Shown: one piece after another, positions 39,001-48,413 of the stretch | Layout: every line of letters starts with the position of its first letter | Position numbering within the stretch: position 1 is the first letter of the stretch | Origin: an uncultured Acidobacteriaceae bacterium | GTDB taxonomy: Bacteria; Acidobacteriota; Terriglobia; Terriglobales; Acidobacteriaceae | Length of the DNA stretch: 64,000 nucleotides | Reading direction: 5' to 3' | Assembly (NCBI GenBank): GCA_963769235.1 | Contig: CAVYKW010000007.1 | Location: forward strand, 112,630 to 176,629 | Notes under the pieces: model-generated | What the model saw: only the letters and a program-made list of their open reading frames with translations | The model's database searches: none | What the model was told of the DNA's origin: nothing | Position numbers and translations under genes: made by a program

Positions 39001-40148
39001 CCGCCGAAGGAATAGCCGGTGCTGGCTGAGGGAAACGGCGTGTTCCAGGTGTCGCCCTCGGACACAATGCGGATGCTGCGGGTCAGCAGCCCGACGGCAG
39101 CGCGGGTCTCTACGCAGCGCGTCTGTGTTCCGGAACATTTGACGTTAGGATTCTGGTCGGGACCGATACCGCTGGGCACGCTCTTCGCGCCCAGATCGTA
39201 GGTCGTTCCGATGTGAGGATATTGAACCGGGCTGGTCAGCGTGATGGTGCTGACGCCGCCGCTGGTGCTGACGCTTGCGATGGTGACTTGCTCAGAGTGG
39301 CCGGGCAGATAGTCAGTGGTAGTGAGAACAATCTGGTCATTGGCGACCCAATCCACGGCGCGATCCAGCAGCAGCATCGTTTCCTGGCCGCTTCCCTTCA
39401 GGGTCTGATTCAGGCGCGCCCAACTGGTTCCGGAATTGTAAGCCGCCAGCGCTTGATAAGTCGCGCCCTTCTTGCCGAACAACTGCAAGGTCCCGCCGTA
39501 AGAAACGCCCAATACTTTGTAGCCGAAATAACCGGCTGGATCGCCGCCGTCGTCGTACTCCAGCGGCATATAGGCGTAGAAGCAGTCATCAACGTTGCCC
39601 GGCAAATTTTGATTGAATCCCGTCACGTTCTTGGCGGCAACGCAGGATGCCGGGTTGAGTCCGGTGATTGGATTGGATTGCCACAACGGCGTTGGCACGC
39701 CGCACTGATTTACCTGGTCCGACAGACAAGTGATGCCCACACCGCCATCACCCTTGCCGGTGCCTACTGGTTGCGCGGCGCCCCACAAATGAATCGTTAA
39801 TGTCCCGTTGACGCCGTACGGCGTGGTGCTGCTTCCGGCAATCAGGAAGCTGTTGTTCTCAACCAGAATGTTGTAGGCCCACAGGTCGGTGTTGCCGTCG
39901 TCCACGAACTGTAGCGTGCCGCCGCCGTAAACATTGATGTTCTGATAGCCGTATGTGCCCGCGTGCACGAAGCAGGTACCCGGACCGACCACTTGCACGT
40001 TTTGAGTGCCGTCGCCGCCCGCAGTCAAAGATTCGCCGTTGCTGCAAGTCAGTGCTGTCGTTTTCTTACCCGGCTTGCCGCTGGCCTGGCAGAAGCTGGA
40101 GACGCAAAGCAGCAGCAAAAGCAGCACCGCCGGAAAACAAAGAGACAT
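36093..40148 (-). CDS. giant secreted Cys-rich protein, G8-domain-like N-terminus and probable beta-helix core
   Basis: ORF 36093..40241; preferred start is ATG 40148, giving the signal peptide MSLCFPAVLLLLLLCVSSFCQASG. After it, ...VVGPGTCFVHAGTYGYQNINVYGGGTLQFVDDGNTDLWAYNILVENNSFLIAGS...TLTIHLWG resembles a G8 domain. More than 40 Cys are spread through the protein. Confidence 0.75.
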   Translation of the reverse strand: MSLCFPAVLLLLLLCVSSFCQASGKPGKKTTALTCSNGESLTAGGDGTQNVQVVGPGTCFVHAGTYGYQNINVYGGGTLQFVDDGNTDLWAYNILVENNSFLIAGSSTTPYGVNGTLTIHLWGAAQPVGTGKGDGGVGITCLSDQVNQCGVPTPLWQSNPITGLNPASCVAAKNVTGFNQNLPGNVDDCFYAYMPLEYDDGGDPAGYFGYKVLGVSYGGTLQLFGKKGATYQALAAYNSGTSWARLNQTLKGSGQETMLLLDRAVDWVANDQIVLTTTDYLPGHSEQVTIASVSTSGGVSTITLTSPVQYPHIGTTYDLGAKSVPSGIGPDQNPNVKCSGTQTRCVETRAAVGLLTRSIRIVSEGDTWNTPFPSASTGYSFGGHTLVRQGAAAFQVQGVEFYQMGEGGRIMHYPVHFHMARQTPQPAPGGSVPITFVMDSSVHDSMTRWYTIHASEGVTLARNVGFLSIGHGYYFEDGSETGNQLYSNLGVFARGGVANPQNPRNVPGILAAAHHNSASDEVPFHVDTDHPTVFWITNGWNDFEYNVASGAGTCGMCYWFVPATNSGHSRYEYWNSYAGEQQYRQQSNGADDDNQAGISPLYKFVGNSCSTAQTSFNTVGDTAECDLEAAPQIPPIVNPLAPAFPQNYAGDPFSPAADEYYPKVPSGGSRAATQCPASGSCAQVSPCAYNNSSQAPGNCMITDIDHYTSSFNWAQTNIAALWLRKQWFLLTNSALTDIQNGGLTFVSGGGYSGSDEVPGYWALAHKNVFIGHTQTPPLPQGKGGSRFAIDAGPFNPHSGLTCDSGLPAAFCSNLNEGIAIPLGNFAVNQRFFSIYDGPSYESANAFLDITKTALNGCTSGGSGDNCDLWMYYRSNGVPLDPSGPGNGQCYLPNAGIAWKQPNGFYYPPAFHSDKLYFDNVDIRHFVIEPLFLPGSFNTDPNQVAARYCIGANDMFTGFTDIDRQTELSDDDGSLTGLLGPMNQQTQVNDPAISVNKDAFFNVPLVTPECASDIPDLMPQGSKCPYNTAGYPELCATADTSPYEYVTSVVFPACNNNSCVAWAEPCSDQTCYGVPLYREETNPGETGATAIRMMGQTTYQRSSLTVNKARYYLDTTVSQAIQSQSSANLNVFAANGTYYVFLLFAKPTTAQTYQVYVGTDFDPTTLQLVRVNQQTTPPTFTPAGAFTCPADTSCYNQTTGILTVPLDMSKISDFETNYNAGLQDHCAPATFCTWNSQKNTCGCNLSQQSSSPNECQNTCSNWATKDVDCPEGGCYGFSFTLPADFVAGTPAVAPPQVNCFPKDKSWNVQFASPRQSPGRCGYKTLPTGSFCSGSSSLNWPLAPGESLAGATR

Positions 40149-40653
40149 CCGGTGTGGGGTCGGCTGACATGTGACCATAGGTTGGTGCTGGGCAATCATC
40201 TCTTGCTCCTCCGCCGGAGACCGGCGCATGCGCATGTTCAATTGCGGTTGGAACTGGATTGCGTCGATGGAGATTTAGCTGTCGCGCCTACTCTGCGGAT
40301 GGAGGCGATGGCTGTTCACGAAGCAAGCTTCTCCCTGGACTCACAGGCAATTGTTTGTGATTGAGCTCCGGTAAACGGCGCAGTCAGTCTATCTGGGACG
40401 ACGAAGAAAACTAGAGAAGACTTTCTCTAAAAGACAGACGGAGGCAAGGGGCCGGGCTCGAACTGATTCCGTAATAGCATCGCTGGCCGCAACGCTGTCG
40501 CTTGCGCAGGAATCATTCAGTAATCGCGGTTCTGATTGAAGAGGATCACGGCCGCCTGTGGCCTAGGCTCTGCGCTTGGGTTGTCCGGCGAAACCAAACA
40601 TAGCGAGGCTGCAAGCGACCGTTTCGATCTCAATCTTGCCTTACGGAGTGAAG

Positions 40654-40800
40654 TTATTCGCAGGGTGGATGGCCGCACTCGCAGGCAATCTCGACTTCGT
40701 TGGAGCCGGCATCGCGGCACCAATCGCTGCAGTATTTCTCTCCCGCGGGCACCGTGCAAGCGCACGGCTCGTGTGCACAATTCTTGGCTTCTTCTGCCAT
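40654..40800 (-). CDS. 48-aa Cys-rich metallothionein-like protein (not in the ORF track, under 60 aa)
   Basis: Hand translation gives MAEEAKNCAHEPCACTVPAGEKYCSDWCRDAGSNEVEIACECGHPPCE. That is 9 Cys and 2 His in 48 aa. A strong SD (AAAGGAGAAAGCAATG) precedes it, and it ends in a TAA stop. Confidence 0.6.
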   Translation of the reverse strand: MAEEAKNCAHEPCACTVPAGEKYCSDWCRDAGSNEVEIACECGHPPCE

Positions 40801-40898
40801 TGCTTTCTCCTTTAGGTTTCGGCTGTTGTGAAACGTCTGCTACGGCCAGTTTAGGATTACCGGGGCAGCCGCAATGTTGCCTGCGGAGCGTAGCAAAG

Positions 40899-43526
40899 TC
40901 AAATAGAACGCCGAACGAGCGAGAGTTGGGGTTCACTTGCCCGCGACAACGCAGTAGGAGATTGGAAACGCGCCGTGAAGTGGAAGTCGCTGCCTCGTCC
41001 CGGTTCGCTCTCCATCCAGATTTTGCCGCCCATCATGGCTACCACGTGCGAAGAGATCGACAGTCCCAGCCCCGTCGCACCGTACTTACGAACAGAACCG
41101 CCGTTGTTGTGAGCTATCGGTTTGAAAATAGAGTGATGCTTCCCGGGAGCAATCCCGATTCCTGTGTCGGAGATGCTGAACAAAATCTCGATGCCATCTT
41201 CGCATTGCGAATTCAGAGATGTGCGCAAAATAATTCGACCCTGCATGGTGAACTTGATGGCGTTCCCTACCAGGTTTACCAACACCTGCCGCAGACGTCT
41301 GGCATCTCCGACGACCACCTCGGGCAAATCCGGCGCGAGTTCGCAGGAAAGTTGCAGACCGACTTGCTGCGCCTCAAACAGAAAAGGCCGCACCGTCTGT
41401 TGGATGGTCTCGCGAAGTTGGAACGGCGCAGGTTCGAAGCTCAAAGTTCCAGACTCCGCCTTGCTGAGATCGAGCAATTCATCAATCAGGTGGAGCAGGG
41501 CCTTGGCGGAAGACTGGAGCGTCAACAGATACTCGCGCTGCTCGGAATCGAGCTGCGTATCCAGAGCTAGTTCCGTCGTCCCCAGAATGCCATTCATCGG
41601 CGTTCGCAGTTCGTGGCTCATGTTGGCGAGGAACTGAGTCTTGGCATAATTCGCTTCCTCGGCCCGCTCCTTCGCCGCTCTGAGTTGAGACTCAGCTTTC
41701 TCCCGGATGCGCTCGGCCGCGTCTCGTTGTAAACGGGCGGACAACACCGATGCCATGTAAGTTGCAAGTTCGTCCAGTTGCTCAAGGTCTTGCTGGCAAT
41801 ATTCGGTTTCTTTATTGGCTACCACCAGCAAGCCGATAACGCGGTTCTGATAACGAATGGGCACCGCCATGGCGCGCTCGACAGCCAGACGTCCCATAGG
41901 GAAGTGTCCTGGTTGGTTGCTGAAGAGCGACCGATTCTCCCGGAGCGCCCGTCCCCAAATGCCGGCCCAGGAATCTTGCGGCAAGCGCATATTCGGGAGC
42001 AGCAGATTTCTGATCTCGGCCGTTATCGACGGAACCACCAGACCGCCGTCTTCGGCAACATATCCGAAGAGACCGTAGCGGCTTTGGGTGCTGCGTAGAA
42101 CGGTCTGGAGTAACTCCCCGAACACGCCATTACCCGGCACCGTGAGAAAAATGTTGAAGATCTCGTTGCGAAGAACCAGGTTCTGTTCCGATAGCCGCAA
42201 CGCCTCTTCAGCGTGCTTGCGCAAACTAATGTCATGGGCGATGGTACAGATGCCCAGGGTGCTCCCGCCCTTATCCCGGATGGAAAAAACTGCGAGGGAA
42301 ACATCGAAACGGCTGCCGTCTTTCCGTTGGCAGACGGAGTCGAAACGTTCCACTTGCTCGCCCTGCTCCATTTTTGCCAATACCTCGGGCACCTCATGCA
42401 GTCGTTCGGGAGGAATCAGGATCGAAATGTGGCTGCCTACCGCTTCCGCGGCTGAATACCCGCACATTCTCTCGGCTGCGGGATTCCAGGAAACGATGAC
42501 GCCCTCGGTCGAGGTCCCAAAAATGGCGTCGCTGGAAGAGTTCACGATTGAAGCTAGGCGCGAATCTACTTCTTCCGCCAGCTTGCGTTCCGTGATGTCG
42601 CACAGCACACCATCGGCGAAAAGCTTCCCATCCTCGATGTGCGTACGCAGAGCACGGTTGCGGACCCAGACCCAGCGGCCGTCCTTGTGTTTAATGCGGT
42701 ATTCGATGTCGAAGATCTTGTTGTCCGAGAACAGGGCCACGTAGCACTGAAGCACGGAAGCCGCATCGTCAGGATGAACGCGCGCCCGCCGCAGCTCCAT
42801 CCCTCCCGCTTTCACCTCATCCGGCGTGTAACCGAAAACCTCCCGCACGTTGGGGCTGACGTAATTCGTACGGCCTTCAACATCGGAGGTCCAGGTAACG
42901 TCGGGCAGATTGGCCAGAACTCGCCGGTATTGCTCTTCTTTGCCGCGAAGCGCCTCGTCCGACCTTATGCGGTCGCCGATATCGATGCCGACAGCGAGTA
43001 CGCAGGGTTCACCGTCGATGATGACTCGAACACCGCTAAGGAAACAGGGTATGGTCGCGCCGTTTTTGGTCAGCCAGGCTGCTTCCGTCTCGGCAAAGCC
43101 CTTCTGAAGAGCGACCCCCATGCTTTTCGGCACCAGTTCACGATAGTCCGGAGTAAGCGTCAGATCGGCCGGCATGCGCTTCAGTTCGCGTTCCGAATAG
43201 CCCAAAGTACTTTGAAAGCGCGGGTTCCAGCGCACGAACTTCTCGTTCTTGTCGACGATACAGGTGAGCCCTGGCAGATGACTTACCAGGTTGTGGACGT
43301 TCGTCTTCTCGTGTTTCAGCAATTCAAGATCGCGTTGACGTCGCCAGGGGATAAGACATCCAGAAATCAACGCAGCGACGAAGCAGAAGAGGATTGTGGC
43401 TGCGTGCGATTGCCATGGCGTGAGCTGGGGAAAAAAGCCCATCTTAGCAACTTCGAACAGGGATACGGCAGCCAGCGCTGCTGAAGCGCCCCAGAGAGCG
43501 TTGACGATCTTAGGAGGAGCGGCCAT
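40899..43526 (-). CDS. membrane-anchored multi-PAS/GAF sensor histidine kinase
   Basis: Two N-terminal TM helices are followed by three PAS-like repeats and a GAF-like segment. The H-box is FLANMSHELRTPMNGILG and the HATPase region has N, G1 and G2 motifs (VNLVGNAIKFT, DTGIGI, GATGLGLSI). Confidence 0.9.
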   Translation of the reverse strand: MAAPPKIVNALWGASAALAAVSLFEVAKMGFFPQLTPWQSHAATILFCFVAALISGCLIPWRRQRDLELLKHEKTNVHNLVSHLPGLTCIVDKNEKFVRWNPRFQSTLGYSERELKRMPADLTLTPDYRELVPKSMGVALQKGFAETEAAWLTKNGATIPCFLSGVRVIIDGEPCVLAVGIDIGDRIRSDEALRGKEEQYRRVLANLPDVTWTSDVEGRTNYVSPNVREVFGYTPDEVKAGGMELRRARVHPDDAASVLQCYVALFSDNKIFDIEYRIKHKDGRWVWVRNRALRTHIEDGKLFADGVLCDITERKLAEEVDSRLASIVNSSSDAIFGTSTEGVIVSWNPAAERMCGYSAAEAVGSHISILIPPERLHEVPEVLAKMEQGEQVERFDSVCQRKDGSRFDVSLAVFSIRDKGGSTLGICTIAHDISLRKHAEEALRLSEQNLVLRNEIFNIFLTVPGNGVFGELLQTVLRSTQSRYGLFGYVAEDGGLVVPSITAEIRNLLLPNMRLPQDSWAGIWGRALRENRSLFSNQPGHFPMGRLAVERAMAVPIRYQNRVIGLLVVANKETEYCQQDLEQLDELATYMASVLSARLQRDAAERIREKAESQLRAAKERAEEANYAKTQFLANMSHELRTPMNGILGTTELALDTQLDSEQREYLLTLQSSAKALLHLIDELLDLSKAESGTLSFEPAPFQLRETIQQTVRPFLFEAQQVGLQLSCELAPDLPEVVVGDARRLRQVLVNLVGNAIKFTMQGRIILRTSLNSQCEDGIEILFSISDTGIGIAPGKHHSIFKPIAHNNGGSVRKYGATGLGLSISSHVVAMMGGKIWMESEPGRGSDFHFTARFQSPTALSRASEPQLSLVRRSI

Positions 43527-43720
43527 CGAGGTTTACAACGCCTGAAGCGTCTGGCGCATAAGTACTACTTTTCGTGATGGTAATCGGCTGGATCGTAGAT
43601 TGATGTGACCTTCGTCACCTGAAAGGGTACCCGGCCAAAAAGCTCGAGCGTCGTGACGAGAACAAAACAAAAGGGCGGCAGATAAATCGCCGCCCGGTCC
43701 AGCATCGTAACTGAGGAGAG

Positions 43721-44350
43721 TTACTTCACGACCTGGAGATCATTGGTGACCTGGAACACATCCCGAACCTCGTTGGCAGCGATGTTGGCCAGGTTCTTGT
43801 CGCCCTCGTTATTCACATAGCCCTTCAAGGTAACGCGCTGGCCGTCCACAATAATGTGAATGCTGGGTGCAGCTTCCCAGAAATACTGCGACAAGCCTCC
43901 GGTATGCATCAGAGCGCGATAAACCCGCTCCCGAGCTTGCTGGTCAAGGGGCGCGGGCGGCAGGACCTTGATGTTGTTGACAACTTTTTCGACGCCTTCA
44001 ATGCGCTTTACGGATCTCTCGGCGTCCTGCCGAGTCTCTGAGTGGAAGCTGGTGACCGCTCCGTTCAGCACCACGGTTCTACCCTGTACGCTGTATTCCA
44101 GGTCGTCGAACATCGAATAATAAGGAAGCATCAACAGCTGATGACGCACCTGTTGCGCCAGCTTTGCCTCGACCGGATCAGCGGCCTGGGTTTTCTGTTT
44201 CCCATAATCCACCACCACCGGCCCATTGCTGGTGATCGTTTGTGCTGTTTGCGCCGGCTGGGTCGCCAGATTGGCCGGCGTCTGTGATGTCTGCGCTAGC
44301 GCTCCCGCGCTGAGTGCCAGCAACAGGCTGAATAGCACTAGTCTTTGCAT
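43721..44350 (-). CDS. periplasmic BON-domain protein (two BON domains, OsmY-like)
   Basis: Signal peptide MQRLVLFSLLLALSAGALAQ. There are two BON modules: ...VVLNGAVTSFHSETRQDAERSVKRIEGVEKVVNNIKV and ...VTLKGYVNNEGDKNLANIAANEVRDVFQVTNDLQV. Confidence 0.85.
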   Translation of the reverse strand: MQRLVLFSLLLALSAGALAQTSQTPANLATQPAQTAQTITSNGPVVVDYGKQKTQAADPVEAKLAQQVRHQLLMLPYYSMFDDLEYSVQGRTVVLNGAVTSFHSETRQDAERSVKRIEGVEKVVNNIKVLPPAPLDQQARERVYRALMHTGGLSQYFWEAAPSIHIIVDGQRVTLKGYVNNEGDKNLANIAANEVRDVFQVTNDLQVVK

Positions 44351-44552
44351 ACGTTCTCATCCTCCATCCGTCACTTACATTGGATGAAGGCATAAACCCG
44401 CTGGCTCCGGACGCCACCTGCCGGGTAACAAGTCTTAACAAAACGTAATGGCTAATCTGGCTGACCGAAGAGGGCAACGTTGAGGGGCGGAGCTATCATC
44501 AGGTATTGACAAACGCGGTATCATGCTGAGAAATCGCGCTTGGAGGTGGGGT

Positions 44553-45239
44553 GTGGAAAGATTCAAGATTATTACGGTGGAGCGCGAATACGGCGCCGGC
44601 GGCAGCATGGTGGCTGCGGAGCTGGCCAGGAGCAAGGGATGGGAGCTCCTCGATCAGCAGCTCACCTGCGAGATTGCCAAACTTGCGGCCGTGGACGAGC
44701 ACGCCGTCGCCCGCCGCGAGGAAAAATGTGACCCCTTGCTGCACCGGCTTGCCAAAGTCTTTTGGCGCGGAAGCTATGAACGCTCGCTTCCTATCTCCGA
44801 CGACAAGATTTTTGATGCCGATGAACTGGTGCATCATGCGCAACAGGTGATCGAGAAGAAAGCACGCGAAGGGAATTGCGTGATCGTCGGCCGTGGAGCT
44901 CCGTACATTCTTCGTGCACGGCCAGATACGTTTCACGTTTTTGTTTACGGCTCGCGAGAGAAGAAGATCGAGCGCCTCGTCAAATTGAAAATGAGCGAGA
45001 AGGACGCGGCTGAAATGGTCGATACCATCGATCGCGAGCGCTCGGCCTTTGTCCGCAAATATTTCAATGCGGAGTGGCCTTGTCGACGCCTCTATCACCT
45101 CATGCTGAACTCCGACCACGGCATTGGTCACGTCACCAATATGATTCTCAGCACCATGGAGTCACTTGAGAAGCAGGGAACCATGCATCCGCCGGGAGAG
45201 AACGTGAACTTGGACGTGGTGCGCCAGCCCACGATGTAG
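44553..45239 (+). CDS. cytidylate-kinase-like family protein
   Basis: Preferred GTG 44553, 6 nt after GGAGG. IITVEREYGAGGSMVAAELA has a P-loop-like layout, followed by CVIVGRGAPYIL and RERSAFVRKYF. This is typical of the AAA_cytidylate-kinase-like family. Confidence 0.7.
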   Translation: MERFKIITVEREYGAGGSMVAAELARSKGWELLDQQLTCEIAKLAAVDEHAVARREEKCDPLLHRLAKVFWRGSYERSLPISDDKIFDADELVHHAQQVIEKKAREGNCVIVGRGAPYILRARPDTFHVFVYGSREKKIERLVKLKMSEKDAAEMVDTIDRERSAFVRKYFNAEWPCRRLYHLMLNSDHGIGHVTNMILSTMESLEKQGTMHPPGENVNLDVVRQPTM

Positions 45240-45582
45240 CGCCGCAGGTAGCCACGACTTTCAGAAGCCCGCTTCAAATTTTCTCGGATATTCTTGGACC
45301 GTTCCATGTCACAGCATTGGTGTGACGCACGCGCTTGCGCGTCTCCGCTGCAAGATTAGACTAGAGCCACACGACGAGGTTGCCTGACCACCAGGAGGTA
45401 GCCGGATGGTAGAAACGTCTCGCATCAGTCCGCGACAAACCTGCGGACTTCAACAGAGAAAAACTAAGAGAAAACTGTAGCTGGGTTGTGAACGGGCTTG
45501 CGATTCCGAAGCGCGATCACGTCGCGATCGTTGTCAGGAAGCTTTCGGGCGCCAGCTCATTGCCAGGCATCAGGAGGTCGAT

Positions 45583-46068
45583 ATGCACCTCAGCAAAGCG
45601 AAAGCATTTCTAGATGCGCACGAAGTAAAGTACGTCACGGTCTCCCACTCCAAGGCCTATACAGCGCAGGGCATCGCTTCGATCTCGCACATCTCAGGTC
45701 GGCACCTGGCGAAGACCGTGGTCGTCAAACTGGATGGAGATCTTGCCATGGCGGTGCTACCGGCCTGTTACCAGGTCGACCTCGAGGCGTTGCGTCGCGC
45801 CACGGGTGTACAGGTGGCCGAGCTTGCCACCGAGCACGAGTTTAAGCGGCACTTTCCCGATTGTGAGACGGGCGCAATGCCCCCTTTCGGAAATCTCTAC
45901 GGTCTCCCGGTTTACGTCGACGAAACCTTAACCGAAGACCGCGAGATCGCATTCAATGCCGGCTCGCATTACGAACTGATCAAGCTCGAGTATGCGGATT
46001 TCGCTCAGTTGGTGAAGCCGGAAGTGATGGCGTTCTCGTCGGCACGCGTGGCACACGGAATGGTTTAA
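45583..46068 (+). CDS. YbaK/EbsC-type aminoacyl-tRNA editing-domain protein
   Basis: ...HLAKTVVVKLDGDLAMAVLPACYQVDLEALRRATG...CETGAMPPFGNLYGLPVYVDETL...IAFNAGSH is the YbaK/ProX family layout. Confidence 0.8.
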   Translation: MHLSKAKAFLDAHEVKYVTVSHSKAYTAQGIASISHISGRHLAKTVVVKLDGDLAMAVLPACYQVDLEALRRATGVQVAELATEHEFKRHFPDCETGAMPPFGNLYGLPVYVDETLTEDREIAFNAGSHYELIKLEYADFAQLVKPEVMAFSSARVAHGMV

Positions 46069-46693
46069 GTCGAGCTTGACTGGAGGATGCGGCGCAAATC
46101 CAACCATCGTGATTGCGAGGGCCGATGCTACGCCGCATCCCCAGTCACATTCGGAAAACCTCAATTAGGCCCTCGAGTCTTTGAATCCCACATTGGGGTA
46201 CTTAACGCTACTCGCTGTGGGATTTTGCGCGGCAGCATTTGCGGGCTGCCGTGGCCACTAGCTAAATCGGGGTCTCGAGCAGTACGTTCAACTGACGACC
46301 TGGCAGTATGAAAAGGGGTTCGCGAGTAATCATCCTTCCTGTTGGGCAGTTTATCCTTGTTGAGCTTGCTCGTTTGAACACAGCAGCTACCCGTCCGGCA
46401 CCCCAAACTGATAGCCTGAAATTGTGTCTCACAATGTGGTACATCGCAAAGCCGCAATTTGCGGATCCTCAGCTCGAAGACGGTTTTCAATAGGTGACTA
46501 TTTCATCGACCTCGTATTCCTGCCGATTCAACCCGGGAAGATCAAGGGAAGTTTACCCGCCGGGAGCGCTGTCGGTTTGACCCTGCTTGGGGCGGCATGC
46601 GATAGTACGCTTTAACACAATTGCAACAAATCTGTAATCGTACATTTACATTCCTATGGACTTCCCACCAACCAAGTGCCAACGGAGCCGGTG

Positions 46694-47314
46694 ATGGCGC
46701 GCCTTATTCCCCGGGAGATGAAGTTCTTCGACATGTTCGCGGAGGTCGCGAACAACGTCATTCAGGGTGCTCAGGTCCTGTCCGATCTTCTGCATCATTA
46801 CGATTACGAAAAAATGCCTGCCTCCGTGGAGAAGATCAAAGAGATCGAACATCACGGCGACGACATGACCCACCGCATCCTCATCAAGCTGAACCAGACG
46901 TTCATCACGCCTTTCGACCGGGAAGACATTCACCTGCTGACTTCCTCGCTAGACGACGTGCTCGATTACATCAACGGCGCCAGCGACCGGTTGCTCACCT
47001 ACAAGATCGTCACGCCATCGCCTTCAGCGAAAGTCCTGGCGGCGATTATCTTGAAGCAGACGCAAGAGCTCGGGAAAGCTGTCTCGTTGTTGAACAAAGA
47101 CAGCAAGCTGCTGGCACATTGCGTTGAGGTCAACCGGCTGGAGAATGAAGCTGATCAAGTAAGCCGCGAGGCCATTGGCCGTCTGTTTGACGGCGACTAC
47201 GATCCCATCACCCTGATCAAGTTGAAAGAGCTTCTGGAAATTCTGGAGATCGCCACGGACAAGGCGGAAGATGTGGCGAATGTCCTCGAGACCGTGGTTC
47301 TAAAGAACGCCTGA
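46694..47314 (+). CDS. DUF47 / PhoU-like phosphate-transport accessory protein
   Basis: Preferred ATG 46694. FFDMFAEVANNV...IKEIEHHGDDMTHRI...TPFDREDIHLLTSSLDDVLD matches the TIGR00153-type protein that normally precedes a PiT transporter. Confidence 0.85.
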   Translation: MARLIPREMKFFDMFAEVANNVIQGAQVLSDLLHHYDYEKMPASVEKIKEIEHHGDDMTHRILIKLNQTFITPFDREDIHLLTSSLDDVLDYINGASDRLLTYKIVTPSPSAKVLAAIILKQTQELGKAVSLLNKDSKLLAHCVEVNRLENEADQVSREAIGRLFDGDYDPITLIKLKELLEILEIATDKAEDVANVLETVVLKNA

Positions 47315-47363
47315 GGCGGCTGATCTTGCGTCCACCACAAAATCCAGAACAGGTTATATTGCC

Positions 47364-48413
47364 GTGAGTATCGGACTCATCCTACTGGCGATTACGGTCG
47401 CTGCCGCACTCCTGTTTGATTTCCTGAACGGCTTCCATGATGCGGCCAACAGCATAGCCACTGTGGTCTCGACCCGGGTACTGTCGCCGAAGCTGGCTGT
47501 TGCCTGGGCAGCGGTCTTCAACTTTCTCGCGGCCTTTCTGCTGGGCACGGCTGTCGCCAAGACCATCGGCAAGGGAATGATTGAGCTCGATATCGTCACC
47601 CAGTACGTGGTATTGGCCGGTCTGTTGGCAGCTATCTTTTGGGACCTGGTCACGTGGCTCGTCGGTTTGCCTACGTCATCCTCCCATGCCCTGATTGGCG
47701 GCTATGCAGGAGCGGCGATGGCTCGCGCCACGATTCTTCATGGCTGGCGCAGCGCGCCGTCGGTCATCATCCCCGGGGGTTGGACCAAGACGCTGATCTT
47801 CATCGTGATCGCGCCGGTGATGGGATTCGTTCTCGGCTTTGGTTTCATGGTCGCGATTTCCTGGATCTTCCAACATAAATCGCCCCGCCAGGTGGACACT
47901 CTCTTCCGTAAATTGCAATTGCTATCCGCCGCCGCATACAGTCTAGGACACGGCGGCAATGACGCGCAGAAGACCATGGGCATTGTGGCCGGAGCGCTCT
48001 ATACCGCCGGAGTAATGAATCAAGCGGATTTTGCGGCAAACTGGGGACGCTGGCACTGGCCCATCATTCTGGCTGCACAAGCCGCCATCGCGTCAGGTAC
48101 CTACTTCGGGGGCTGGCGCATCGTGCACACCATGGGATCGAAGATTACCAAGCTGAAGCCAGTGGGAGGATTTTGCGCTGAGGCCGCAGGAGCAATCACG
48201 CTGTTCGGAACCGCACTGGCCGGAATTCCGGTAAGCACGACGCACACCATCACGGGCGCCATCATCGGAGTAGGAACCACACATCGCGTTTCGGCCGTGC
48301 GCTGGGGCGTAGCGACCCGCATTGTGTGGGCCTGGGTACTCACCATTCCAGCGTCCGCCGCGGTGGCCATGCTTGCCTTCTGGATCATCCGCATGTTTAA
48401 TCCCACAGCGTAG
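47364..48413 (+). CDS. pit: inorganic phosphate transporter, PiT family
   Basis: GTG start. The PiT signature FDFLNGFHDAANSIATVVSTRVLSP is repeated as GHGGNDAQKTMG in the second half. Confidence 0.9.
   Translation: MSIGLILLAITVAAALLFDFLNGFHDAANSIATVVSTRVLSPKLAVAWAAVFNFLAAFLLGTAVAKTIGKGMIELDIVTQYVVLAGLLAAIFWDLVTWLVGLPTSSSHALIGGYAGAAMARATILHGWRSAPSVIIPGGWTKTLIFIVIAPVMGFVLGFGFMVAISWIFQHKSPRQVDTLFRKLQLLSAAAYSLGHGGNDAQKTMGIVAGALYTAGVMNQADFAANWGRWHWPIILAAQAAIASGTYFGGWRIVHTMGSKITKLKPVGGFCAEAAGAITLFGTALAGIPVSTTHTITGAIIGVGTTHRVSAVRWGVATRIVWAWVLTIPASAAVAMLAFWIIRMFNPTA

Noticed and set aside
36140-40364. Numerous 60-190-aa ORFs on both strands inside the giant secreted-protein gene
   Set aside because: All are nested in a single uninterrupted 4.1-kb frame with a good signal peptide. 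Their composition is Arg/Ala/Gly-biased, as expected for off-frame GC-rich DNA.
40536-43484. Plus-strand ORFs 40536..41570 (344 aa), 42088..42744 and 42639..43484
   Set aside because: They are antisense to the PAS/GAF histidine kinase, and partly to the metallothionein-like ORF. Their Arg/Ser-rich composition shows no domain signatures.
46069-46693. Pho box or riboswitch in the 620-bp gap upstream of the DUF47-PiT operon
   Set aside because: I saw a 10-bp inverted repeat (GGATGCGGCG...CGCCGCATCC, about 46084-46141), a CCGCAA-T-TTGCGG palindrome, and a CTGTAAT...CATTTACAT segment near the promoter. None matches the CTGTCAT-N4-CTGTCAT Pho-box consensus or a known riboswitch well enough to call by eye.
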